A stretch of DNA of 63,901 nucleotides from Octopus bimaculoides. Taxonomy: Eukaryota. Position numbers and translations under genes: made by a program. Positions 38,497-49,263 of this stretch are shown one piece after another (position 1 is the stretch's first letter; each line of letters opens with the position of its first letter). Location: NCBI RefSeq assembly GCF_001194135.2, contig NC_068998.1, positions 12,387,282 to 12,451,182 on the forward strand. The letters run 5' to 3'. The notes beneath the pieces are model-generated. The model saw only the letters and a program-made list of their open reading frames with translations. It was not told the origin of the DNA and ran no database searches.

Positions 38497-38735
38497 GTGG
38501 AGACGCATGACTCAGTGGTTAGAGTGTTGAACTCATGATCGTAAGATTATGGTTTCGATTTCTGGTCCGGGCGAAAACACATCATTTCGATTCATGGTCC
38601 GGGCGAAAACACATCATTTCAGTTCTTTGTTCGGGCGAAAACACGTCATTTCGATTCATGGTCCGGGCGAAAACACATAATTTCACTCTACTCCAGTCCA
38701 GTCAGCTGGTAACAAAAATGAATAATCCTGTGATG
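38497..38735 (+). mobile_element. tRNA-headed SINE family C with internal tandem expansion
   Basis: gtggagacgcatgactcagtggttagagtgttg head; actccagtccagtcagctgg...aaaaatgaat core shared with 40449-40679. Confidence 0.85.
38553..38680. repeat. 32-bp tandem repeat x4 inside the SINE
   Basis: Unit tttcgattcatggtccgggcgaaaacacatca at 38553, 38585, 38617 (divergent) and 38649. Confidence 0.97.
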
Positions 38736-39009
38736 GTCCAAGGAGGAATATATACGCCAAAGGAAACCAGGAAACCAGTCCAGTGCTCCTTATAGAGCAA
38801 TGTGGACTAATCACTACCATCAACCATTCTTCGTCTACATAACTTTCTTTCTTTCTACTCTCCTTCAATGGAGAGATATTATATTAAAGAAAAGTGACTG
38901 ATAGTATACAAATTAGAATATAGGTCGATATATAAAGAGAATAAGAGAAGAGACAGAAAAAGATACTAAGTAAAGGATGACCCGTTTCCCAACAGAATAG
39001 TAATTGTTT

Positions 39010-39210
39010 CCCAAGGCTACCAGTTATGATGAGAAGAGGTTAGTCGATTACATCAACGCCAGTACTTGACTGATGCTTTATTTGATCGACCGCGAAGAGA
39101 TGAAAGGCAATGTTAACCTCAGTGACATCTGAACTCAGGACATGCAGAAATAAATACAGAAAAAGCAATTTTTTCCCCGACACTGTAGCAATTCTGCAAA
39201 CCACCACTCC
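39010..39210 (-). mobile_element. SINE family A, diverged
   Basis: gtcgattacatcaacgccagtacttgactg...atgaaaggcaatgttaacctc...tgaactcag. Confidence 0.85.
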
Positions 39211-39656
39211 GTCAAAAAGAAGAAATGCGAGTAATAAAGTAGAAAGTAAATTAGTCCACCGCGTTCATCATGAACATAAGCGTCGCAACGATATATGTGA
39301 AAAGCTTCTCGTTATTTGATACACAAAGACAATATAAAAATTCACAGTAGCACACACTCACACATCTTACATATATATTACATCACACGTGAAGTTTTGT
39401 TAAGATGACTTCTTTGTCATTCCTTGAGAAATGTTCTCGCTCTATTTATAAAATTTTGAGAACAGCTACAAGGCCGATGAGAATGACATACAAACCTCTT
39501 TTCCTAAATACTGAACGCTCTGAGCGATTATGTTGAAAATTATGCGCGCTCACACACGCATACGCATGCTCATACATAGGCTTGTTGCTGAAAAAGAGTC
39601 AAAGGAGATAAAACTCAAGACATAAGAGTACATGTATTTATTATTATTTAGCGGCC

Positions 39657-39876
39657 AAGCAGCGAGCTGGCAGAGTCGATAGCACGCCGCGCAAAATGCT
39701 TAGCGACATTTTGCTCATCATTACGTTCTGAGTTCAAATTACGCCGAAGTTCACTTTGCTTTTCGTCCTTTCGAGGTTGATAAAATAACTATCAGTTGAG
39801 CATTGGAGTCAATGTAATCGACTTGCGCCCTCTCACTAAGTTTAAAGGCCTTGTGCCTTCAGTAGAAACCATTATT
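39657..39876 (+). mobile_element. SINE family A, full length
   Basis: aagcagcgagctggcagagtcgatagcacgcc...ctgagttcaaattacgcc...ggccttgtgccttcagtagaaaccattatt. Confidence 0.94.
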
Positions 39877-40071
39877 CACCTGTGAAATAGCACAAATGAC
39901 TCGAGGGTCAACGATTTCGTGCATTGTACTTATCGAACTTACTTAAGATTCGTGAATTCATTTTCAACGCGGTGTTCTATCATAAATTTTTCGAAAATAT
40001 TCGCTCAAAAACAATGCATAGATTTCAAAACCTTTCTTTTGAGATAAAAATAAAATATAGTGAAATCTATT

Positions 40072-40444
40072 ACAGACGTGACTGTGTGGTTAGAAGTTTG
40101 TTTCCCAACCACATGGTTCCAGATTCAATCCCACTGCGCGGCACATTGGGCAAGTGTCTTTTACTATAGCCTTGGGCAGATCAAAAACTTGTGAGTGGAT
40201 TTGGTAGGAAACTAAACGAAGCCCTTTGTACATATGTGTGTGTGTCTTTGATTGTGCCTCATCACTGCTTGACGATCGGCGTTGGTATGTTTACATCACC
40301 ATAACTTAACGATTCGGTAAAAGAGACCGATAGAATAAGTACCAGGCTTTAAAAAACAATGTACCGGGTCGATTTATTCGGCCAAAAATTCTTCGAGGCG
40401 GTGCCCGAGCATGGCCGCAGTCTAATGACTGAAAAAAATAAAAG
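40072..40444 (+). mobile_element. SINE family B, full length
   Basis: Collinear with 31458-31870 from head to tail. Confidence 0.94.
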
Positions 40445-40448
40445 CAAC

Positions 40449-40679
40449 CCACAGACACGCGTGCCCCTAACGTAGATCTCAGGGAGATTCAGCGTGACAC
40501 AGAGTGTGACAAGGCTGGCCCTTTGAAATACAGGTACTACTCATTTTTGCCAGCTGAGTGGACTGGAGCAACGTGAAATGAAGTGTTTTGCTCAAAGACA
40601 CAACGCGTTACCAGGAATTGAACTCACGACTTTACAATCGTGACTCGAATGCCTTAATCACTAATCCACGTGTTTTCAC
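40449..40679 (-). mobile_element. tRNA-headed SINE family C
   Basis: Minus strand gtggattagtgattaaggcattcg...gtgagttcaattcctgg (A/B boxes), then gtgtctttgagcaaaacacttcatttcacgttgctccagtccactcagctggcaaaaatgagt. Confidence 0.88.
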
Positions 40680-41016
40680 TACACACACACACACACACAC
40701 ACACATGCATATATATATATATGCATGCATATCCGAATTGTATGTGCTCTAAATGTTTCTAAATGTATGTCCCTGTATATTCTTTGTATTCATTTGTATC
40801 AAATATATTATGCTATTCAATATTTGTGTAAAATACCATTGTTCCACATGTCGCTTTGTGTAATACTGAATTTGTATATTCTGTAAAACAATTTTTGAAA
40901 CATGCTTTGCATGCATGGACGGATAGTTGAGGCAAATAGATGAAGCAGTTATTATTATGCGGGCTTGCAAAGTACTCACAGCGTTGAAAAAATACCCTCG
41001 TTCCGGCTCTGTACTT

Positions 41017-41058
41017 TTTGAGTTCAATTTCTATCGAGGTCAACTTTGCCTTTCATCA
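41017..41058 (+). mobile_element. SINE family A B-box fragment
   Basis: tttgagttcaatttctatcgaggtcaactttgcctttcatc. Confidence 0.75.
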
Positions 41059-41170
41059 TGGCTGAGTCGTTAGAATGAAATACCATAAAATACTGAGGTT
41101 TGATGGTATTGACTGTTCTTCTATTCTCAAAATTGCTCGTCTTGTGCCAAAATTCTTATTATTATTATTA

Positions 41171-41300
41171 TTCTGCCGAGGTCGACTTTGCCTTTCATCC
41201 TTTCGGAGTCGATAAAATAAGTACCAGGAACGTACTGGTGTCGATATAATCGACTAGGCCCCACCTCCAAATTTCATGCCTTGTGCCTTTTGTAGAAAGG
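41171..41300 (+). mobile_element. SINE family A, 5'-truncated
   Basis: gccgaggtcgactttgcctttcatcctttcggagtcgataaaataagtacc...ccttgtgccttttgtagaaagg; (ATT)n on both sides. Confidence 0.93.
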
Positions 41301-41458
41301 ATTATTATTTTGGTTTGGCTCAGGTTCGGTCTTATTCCTGGTAGGATTTATGCGGGTAGCGGGTTACTACCTGTAACCTTAGGTATCTACAAGTTTTCAG
41401 CAGTCTTTCAAGTACATAGAACCCTCCTGATAATCCTTGTTGTCCGCGAGAGACAGAC
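41301..41458 (-). mobile_element. R4/Dong-like LINE extreme 3' end, 5'-truncated, within (AAT)n
   Basis: Minus strand reads CLSRTTRIIRRVLCT* (LGTARI.R.VL-type RLE terminus), then a ~110-nt UTR ending aaataataat. A related piece lies at 41530-41582. Confidence 0.75.
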
Positions 41459-41485
41459 TTTCATTATTATTATTATTATTATTGT

Positions 41486-41525
41486 AAGGCGGCGAGCTGG
41501 CAGAATCGTGAGCAGGCCGAGCAGA
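41486..41525 (+). mobile_element. SINE family A head only
   Basis: aaggcggcgagctggcagaatcgtgagcaggccg. Confidence 0.9.
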
Positions 41526-43989
41526 GGGCTTAACGTTAGGTGTCCACAAATTTTTCAGTAGTCTTTCAAGTGCTTAGAATCCATCTTTACGCCGGAGACC
41601 TGACTTCAACGCTTCTGAAACGTCTCTACTAAAATCATGCAAGTAGCTGATTGAGTCTATTCCGTAAGAGCAGGAACAGTCCTTCGCAGTGGCATCGAAC
41701 TTGAAACACTTTGCTTTTAATCATACATACATCCACACCAGGGCATTGATCAAATTAACTACAAAATGTGTGACTTTCCTTTTGCTAAGACTAGAAATCA
41801 TTTTTTTTCTACTAAAACCCCTTCGACATTTTGGTTTTGATTTTGATATACTTTCAAAAGAGTTAAGGTAAGTAGTTTTAGTGAAAAGGAAATGGTGAAT
41901 TGAAAATTAAAATGGCGTCCTCTCACAGGCTTTGACAAGAGCTGTTCGGTCGTGTGCAGCGTTATATAACGAAAAGTACATTAGCCAAATTACTATAGCT
42001 GTCGTATTTGCTTGCTTGAACATGAACTTCGCAATTCTGTTAAAAGCCACAGGTAATCTACAATTGGTCTAAAAATGCATCATCACTTAACTAGATGTAA
42101 TCGTTTCTTCGTTTAGTATTTTTTTATATATTTCTATTTTTTTTGTCTTTGCTTTATATAAGTGTGTGTGCTCTCTGTTTATATGTATAGGTGTATGAGT
42201 ATGTTTGTATATGTATGCATGAAAATGTATGCGTTTGAGTGTATATGTGTGCATTTTAGTGTGTATATGTATGCGTGTGTGTTTATTACATGTTGGATCT
42301 GTTTGTCTAGTTGCGGCAAAAATATACTGCATAAATTTCCATTGATTTTTAATATCAAACCGTAATAGACAATTGGCTGCATCAGTTCCTCGACTAAAGT
42401 GTTGTGCAATGAAACATCAAATATACGTATATTAGCGCAGTATTGAGCTCTATGCAGTATACTTAATGCATATTTCTTCCTCGGCATTGGAGAAAAACAA
42501 AGACAAAGACTGAGATAGAGAGAAAAGGTTTGAGAGAGATAGAGGGGTTGAGAATAAAACTCATTGATGACGTGTCAACTGACCTGTATGAGCATAACTT
42601 TGTGATTCTATTGCCATGTAAACCTGAAATGCTCTCACCCGAATTTAATGGTGTGTAGCTTGATAAGAACAATATCGATGGTGTAAATTCTGAGTGAATC
42701 CAGGTTTGGAACCAGTATCAATTCCTTGTATCAATTTCAATTCGTTTACGGCACTAAACGGTGATGCAAAGCAAGTAAAATGATTACTTCCGGGATAAGC
42801 GTTACAGCTTCCCATCAAATCATTCGTTAATACTTAACTTTATGATAGTAATTGCTGAAAGTACATGTGTACTTTTGTTTTGTGTTTTTACATTATTTTC
42901 GGCTCTTATTGAAAATTATGACATCCCTGCCATGAGCAACTTGTTACTCCGTTATCCGATGTGTTCTTCCATTTCTTTTAAATAAGGTGCATTTTAATGA
43001 GGATTTAGTTACTAATCCTAACAGGTGAAGCGACCAAGTAGAAAACCAATCACAGGCTTATGTTTAATTTCATACATAACTTTTTTGAAGGTTAATTCTG
43101 TTATCATATGAGAAGGACTAAATGAATAAATTGTAGTTTGGTGGATTCGGCGACTTATAGCTTTGAGATCGAATCCTCTTAGATATTAAAAAAAACTAAG
43201 AAGACGTGATAAAAGCAGTTAATTCGCCTTATGAAATATATTTTAGCCTTACAATAAAGTAATTTGTGAAATAAAACTAAGTGAAATAAGAATAGACAAA
43301 AGAAACAAAGGATTATAATGCTCGATTATTAAGCGATCGAAATTTTGAGATACGCTGATGTTTTCAACTTGGATGTCCTTCAGGTTACATTGATATCTGG
43401 TTAGATTGTCGAGGCACAAAAATACGCATCCTTTTTCTCTTTTCCCTTTCTTACAATATGGATTATAATGAAGCAGTTATAATAATAATAAACCGTCTCT
43501 AAGATTATCACATACAAATATAATTAAACATCTTCCCCTCGGGGATGTAATAGATGCATTTCTTCATTTTATTTACTGAAAGATTTGACTCCGAAAATAT
43601 CTACTTAAATGGGACTTAGGAATATGTGACAGTTTAGGATTCTGACAATTGTGGAGGGTGCTTTATATACTTTGCCATCCTTATACTCCATTAAAACTAA
43701 CTATTGAATTGAGGTTTGTCAACTCATTTGTCTCGCTTTGTCCTGTGAACTATAGTGTTGGGTTTGGAACAAATAATGTATTTGTATATTGAAACAGAGT
43801 TAGGCTATAAATTAACAGGATACATTGTGTAAACGAACGCCAAATGAGCTCTACACCACTGAAGTAGTCTGGAACTTTCTTTAAAATACTTTTAAATGTA
43901 CATAACAACAAAAACCTTTTACTGTCATCTTAACATTAGACTGTCATCTTATAATCAAATTACTTTTAAAATAAAATTCTAATTTACTT

Positions 43990-44148
43990 ATGTTTTGACA
44001 GACATTCTCTAGAAGAATACACTGTACAAAACCATATATATGGCACCCTAGTTATAACACCAACTTGAACTTCTAACTTGCTGTCTCTTGAGGTCTCTGG
44101 GTGAGACTTGGAGTCAACGTGTGCAAATACAAAGCAAAAGTCAAACAT
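43990..44148 (+). mobile_element. Probable LINE 3' UTR ending in an (AAT)n tail (R4-like, tentative)
   Basis: gtctcttgaggtctctgggtgagacttgg...aaagtcaaacat directly followed by (AAT)n. Class assignment is recall only. Confidence 0.45.
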
Positions 44149-44174
44149 ATAATAATAATAATAATAATAATAAT

Positions 44175-44715
44175 GATAAATGCCCTGATACTGTACCAGG
44201 TACTGGCTCTCATGGCTTCTGATCTTACTGATTGGAAGTATTATCATGTACATTGTTTTGTCTTTGTATAAAAGATGTGCTACAAGAAATATTCTGCTCA
44301 ATACCATAGATTTGCAGGTCATTTGCTGACCTTAACTAGTTGAGCATGTCCTTCGGTAGTCAACTATATGTGCATCTCTGATCACGAGCATTATAGCAAT
44401 GTGTTGAGAGGAATTCTTTGGGGTTTAGATAATTCACCTCTGGAAACATGGGAATTTCATTCAACATCCTTAAACAAACCTTATCCAGGGACCTTTTGAG
44501 TGAGACGGGTACTCGACCTGAAGAAAATTATCATTGAGCTCCACCTGCAAGATCGTCCGCTGTTCATCTTGAGATGAGATCATCATGTCGCGCACATATG
44601 GTTGTGATGCATGTGCCTGGTGTGCTCTTATCAGACGGGTAGTCATAATGAGTATACTGGGCTTCGTATATTTTATACCAGTATCACTTTGATGGCATGC
44701 ACTGCTCTCTCACTC
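44175..44715 (+). mobile_element. Unclassified ~540-bp element bounded by (AAT)n on both sides
   Basis: Complex non-coding block with sharp (AAT)n borders at 44149-44174 and 44716-44730. Single copy here; strand tentative. Confidence 0.55.
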
Positions 44716-44736
44716 AATAATAATAATAATCCTTTC

Positions 44737-44888
44737 TACTCTTTTACTCTTTTACTTGTTTCAGTCATTTGACTGCGGCCATGCTGGAGCACCGCCTTTA
44801 GTCGAGCAGATCGACCCTAGGACTTATTCTTTGGAAGCCTAGTACTTATTCAATCGGTCTCTTTTGCCGAACCGCTAAGTTACGGGGG
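44737..44888 (-). mobile_element. SINE family B 3' part, young
   Basis: ttacttgtttcagtcatttgactgcggccatgctggagcaccgcctttagtcgagc...gccgaaccgctaagttacgg. Confidence 0.95.
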
Positions 44889-44891
44889 CTT

Positions 44892-45081
44892 GAAATTTTG
44901 CCTGAAAGTGGGGATTAGTCGATTAAATCGATCCGAGTGTTTCACTAGTATTTAATTTATTGCTCCCGAAAGGATGAAGGACAAAGTCGACCTCGGTGAA
45001 ATTTGAACTCAGAATGTGAAGACGGTCGGAATACCGCCAAGCATTTCGCTCAGCCTGGTAACGATTCTGCCAGCTCGTCAC

Positions 45082-45084
<3 letters not shown>
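44892..45084 (-). mobile_element. SINE family A
   Basis: Antisense from gtcgattaaatcgat to gattctgccagctcgtcacgtt, followed by (AAT)n. Confidence 0.92.
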
Positions 45085-45119
<35 letters not shown>

Positions 45120-45125
45120 TAAGAA

Positions 45126-45321
45126 TTTCTATTAAAGGCACAAAGCCTAGTATTTTGGGGGAGGGTACTAGTCAATTACATCGGCTCCAGGTTTTCACTG
45201 CTAATTAATTTATCGACTCTGAAAGAATAAAAGGCAAATTCGACCAATGCGGAATTTGAACCCAGAACGTGAAAACAGACAAAATACCGCTAGGCATTTC
45301 CCCCTAGCGTACTAATGATTC
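45126..45321 (-). mobile_element. SINE family A, head runs into the gap
   Basis: aaggcacaaagcc...gcggaatttgaacccagaacgtg...aataccgctaggcatttc. Confidence 0.9.
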
Positions 45322-45856
45322 NNNNNNNNNNNNNNNNNNNNNNNNNNNNNNNNNNNNNNNNNNNNNNNNNNNNNNNNNNNNNNNNNNNNNNNNNNNNNNN
45401 NNNNNNNNNNNNNNNNNNNNNNNNNNNNNNNNNNNNNNNNNNNNNNNNNNNNNNNNNNNNNNNNNNNNNNNNNNNNNNNNNNNNNNNNNNNNNNNNNNNN
45501 NNNNNNNNNNNNNNNNNNNNNNNNNNNNNNNNNNNNNNNNNNNNNNNNNNNNNNNNNNNNNNNNNNNNNNNNNNNNNNNNNNNNNNNNNNNNNNNNNNNN
45601 NNNNNNNNNNNNNNNNNNNNNNNNNNNNNNNNNNNNNNNNNNNNNNNNNNNNNNNNNNNNNNNNNNNNNNNNNNNNNNNNNNNNNNNNNNNNNNNNNNNN
45701 NNNNNNNNNNNNNNNNNNNNNNNNNNNNNNNNNNNNNNNNNNNNNNNNNNNNNNNNNNNNNNNNNNNNNNNNNNNNNNNNNNNNNNNNNNNNNNNNNNNN
45801 NNNNNNNNNNNNNNNNNNNNNNNNNNNNNNNNNNNNNNNNNNNNNNNNNNNNNNNN

Positions 45857-45857
<1 letters not shown>

Positions 45858-45900
<43 letters not shown>

Positions 45901-45970
45901 GTACAACAACAACAACAACAACAACAGCAACAGCAGCAGCAATAACAAAAGAACAATAATAATAATAATA
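45858..45970. repeat. (AAT)n/(AAC)n/(AGC)n compound microsatellite
   Basis: Direct inspection. Confidence 0.95.
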
Positions 45971-46310
45971 CTTCTTTTCCTTCTAAATGCTTTTTGCATC
46001 GCAAGTCTGAAAATGCAAATGCAACAACAACAAATCATGGATGTTTTCCGCCCTAGTGTGCCACTGAGCAGAACTCATGCGTCGGCTAATGAAATTTCTC
46101 CCTGCACATTGACAATAGCTAGCCATGCAACCCAGAAGCCCTATCAGTTACATCCGGTGAAGACTAGAAGAATCCCTCAACTCAGCGCCAAGTAACAAGA
46201 ACTACTAATAAATGAATAAGAAATGCCCCTTTTAATCAGAAACACCATCTATTAAAAGAATATGGGCTATTGATGTCAACGCAATGTCTTGAGTCTCATC
46301 AATTATTGGC

Positions 46311-47266
46311 TTTCCGCCGAGGTTGACTTCGCCTCATCCTTTCGGGGTCGATGAAATAAGTACCAGTTATGCACTGGAGTCGACGTAATCGACTTCTCCC
46401 CTCGCACTAAATTTCAGATCTTGTGCCTGTAAAAGAAAGGATTATTTTATTATTATTCTTAAGGCGGCGAACTGGCAGAATCGTTAGCACGCCGGACGAA
46501 ATGCTTCGCGGTATTTCGTTTGCCGTTACGTTCTGAGTTCAAATTCCGCCGAGGTCGACTTTGCCTTTCATCCTTTCGGGGTCGATAAATTAAGTACCAG
46601 TTACGCACTGGGGTCGATGTAATCGACTTAATCCGTTCGTCTGTTCTTGTTTGTTCCCTCTATGTTTAGCCCCTTGTGGGCAATAACGAAATAGGTATTT
46701 CGTTTGCCGCTACGTTCCGCCGAGGTCGACTTTGCCTTTCATCCTTTCGGGTCGATAAAATAGCTATCAGTTGAGTATTGGGATCGATGTAATCGACTAG
46801 CCACCTTCCATAAAATGTCAGACCTTGTACTTGTAGTGGAAGGGATTATTAAGGCGGTGAGCTGGCAGAATTGTTTGCACGCCGAACGAAGTGCCGCTAA
46901 GCATTTCGTTCGTATTTACGTTCTGAGTTCAAATTCCACTGAGATCGACTTTGCCTTTCATCCTTTCAGTTAAGCAGTGGGGTCGATGTAATCGACTTGT
47001 CTCCATCCCAGAATTTTCTTGTCTTGTGCCAAAATTCGAACCGTTTAAGGCGGCGAGCTGGCAGACTCGTTAGCAACGCCGGGCAAAATGCTTAGCGGTA
47101 TTTCGTCCGTCCTTATGTTCTGAGTTCAAATTCCGCCGAGGTCGACTTTGTCTTTTACCCTTTCGGGGTCGATGAAATACGTACCAGTTGAGTACTGGGG
47201 TTGATGTAATCGACTTACCCTTTCCCCAAACTTCCTGGCCATGGGCCAAAATTTGAAACCATTATT
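46311..47266 (+). mobile_element. Head-to-tail train of five SINE family A copies
   Basis: Copies at 46311-46440 (5'-truncated), 46461-46694 (variant tail), 46694-46844 (no head or B box), 46851-47042 (internal deletion) and 47047-47260 (full). Confidence 0.96.
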
Positions 47267-48549
47267 GTTGTTGTTATTGTTGTTATGTTGCATGTTTAAG
47301 TATTTATATGTATAGACAAATAAACAGTTATATAAATAAATTGCTGTCCTACCTCGGGAAAAGGTTTTCTTCTATTTGCTTAATGCTGCGTTACTTCAAT
47401 ATAAGCATCAGCTCTTATGACACAATGCAACTCAATTAGGAGTATCAGAAAAATTACATTTGACCAGGTCTATAATTGCAAGGCTCCAAGGCTACTTTGC
47501 TGTGTTTTTGTCTGTTTAGAGTTCAAATTTACCCCCAAGAGGAATAGATCTCCTGCCGCTTGCAACTTCTCACCCACCTATCTGAGATAAAGTAGTGTCA
47601 GGTATCGATTTTCTCACTGACACAGCAAAACGTCAGTCAGTGATATGCTAGTATTTATTCCGTGAATCATAACCCTCAACAGCTTATACATACGACTACT
47701 TAACCTTCCCACACTCACACACACACACATATACACACCTATACAGAAAGAGAGAGAGAGAGAGAGAGAGACACACACACACACACATGTACACTTTCTT
47801 TCTCTCTTCCTCTCTTATCCTGTATCGGTCTCTCACTGTCCCACACAAACATATATACGAAAGCAAATATTATATAATACCTTAACATATTTAGAGTTAA
47901 AAAATTATTAGATTAGACCATTATTCTGAATGAAAAGCTTTTATTTCGATTATTTTAGTCTCTCAAACTTTATTTCCTTTCTTCGAAATAATAAAAATGG
48001 TAAAATGTGCCACATTTAATTTGATGGCATTAACTTTGAACTTACACTTTAAAAAGGCAGTATTGCTATCAATCGATTTTGGTTGAATAACTAAGAAAAC
48101 CAAAAATACTTCTCAGAGAATAATTTCATTACAGTTTGTGTTTCGTAGGTATCGAAAGCTGGATCTTTGATAGCAGATAAGAGATTAGGAATTAGATCAC
48201 TCGATAGTTATCCCAGAATTCCAAGACTTCTAAAATGGCCTCACGGGGTTAATTTCTACTTTTTGCAAAATCTTCCGTGTTTTGCTTTCATTTCCATGTT
48301 TTCACCTTTTTAATGAATTTATATGCTTCTTTATCGCTCTCTCAGTTATTATTACATTTCTCCTTTTTACTAATTGCATTTATTTATCTATGTTTCCATC
48401 TATATATAAACACACACATATGCACGCTCACACACAGATATACATACACACACATATATATTATACACTTACACATATAATGTTTATCTATACAGTAGAA
48501 AGAGTACACGTATATATGAGTCAATACACACGCATATGTGGACTCGTAT

Positions 48550-48641
<92 letters not shown>

Positions 48642-48642
48642 T

Positions 48643-48823
48643 GATAGAAAAAGGTAAGACAACAAAAGAAAGAAAGAGACCTCGATATTATGTAAATAGA
48701 GGAATTTATCTGTAAATAATACGTGACAATTTTTCGTTAGCCATGATAAAACTCCGAGTTTCGGATGCCGAGGCGGAAACCCACGCCGCCATCTCTTCAG
48801 TTTTCTGGCCATCGAAGAATGCT
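48643..48823 (-). mobile_element. Penelope-type tail with HHR motif (48738-48811), left copy of an inverted pair
   Basis: Minus strand: tggccagaaaa CTGAAGA gatggcgg...ccgcctcggcatcc GAAAC tcgga GT T ttatcatggcta; ends at (TA)n. Confidence 0.85.
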
Positions 48824-49074
48824 TTTAACTCTAAATATGTTAAGGTATTATATAATATTTGCTTTCGTAATGGACAGAGAGAGACCGATACAGGATAAGA
48901 GAGAAAGAGAGAAAGAAAGTGTACATGTGTGTGTGTGTGTGTCTCTCTCTTTCTTTCTGTATGGGTGTGTATGTGTATGTGTGTGTGTATGTGTGTATAT
49001 GTTTGCGTGTGAGTGAAGGAAGGTAAAGTAGTCGTATGGATAAGCTACTGAGGGTAATGATTCACGGAATAAAT

Positions 49075-49186
49075 AGCATTCTTCGATGGCCAGGTAACTG
49101 AAGAGATGGTGGCGTGGGTTTCCGCCCCGGCATCCGAAACTCGGAGTTTATCATGGCTACCGAATAATTGTCACACATTATTTACA

Positions 49187-49188
<2 letters not shown>
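49075..49188 (+). mobile_element. Penelope-type tail with HHR motif (49087-49159), right copy of the inverted pair
   Basis: tggccaggtaa CTGAAGA gatggtgg...ccgccccggcatcc GAAAC tcgga GT ttatcatggcta; 9 differences in ~115 nt from the revcomp of 48709-48823; followed by (TA)n. Confidence 0.85.

Positions 49189-49263
<75 letters not shown>

Noticed and set aside
38553-38680. CRISPR-like 32-bp repeat array
   Set aside because: Units are contiguous with no spacers, lie inside a SINE, and there are no cas genes in this eukaryotic context.
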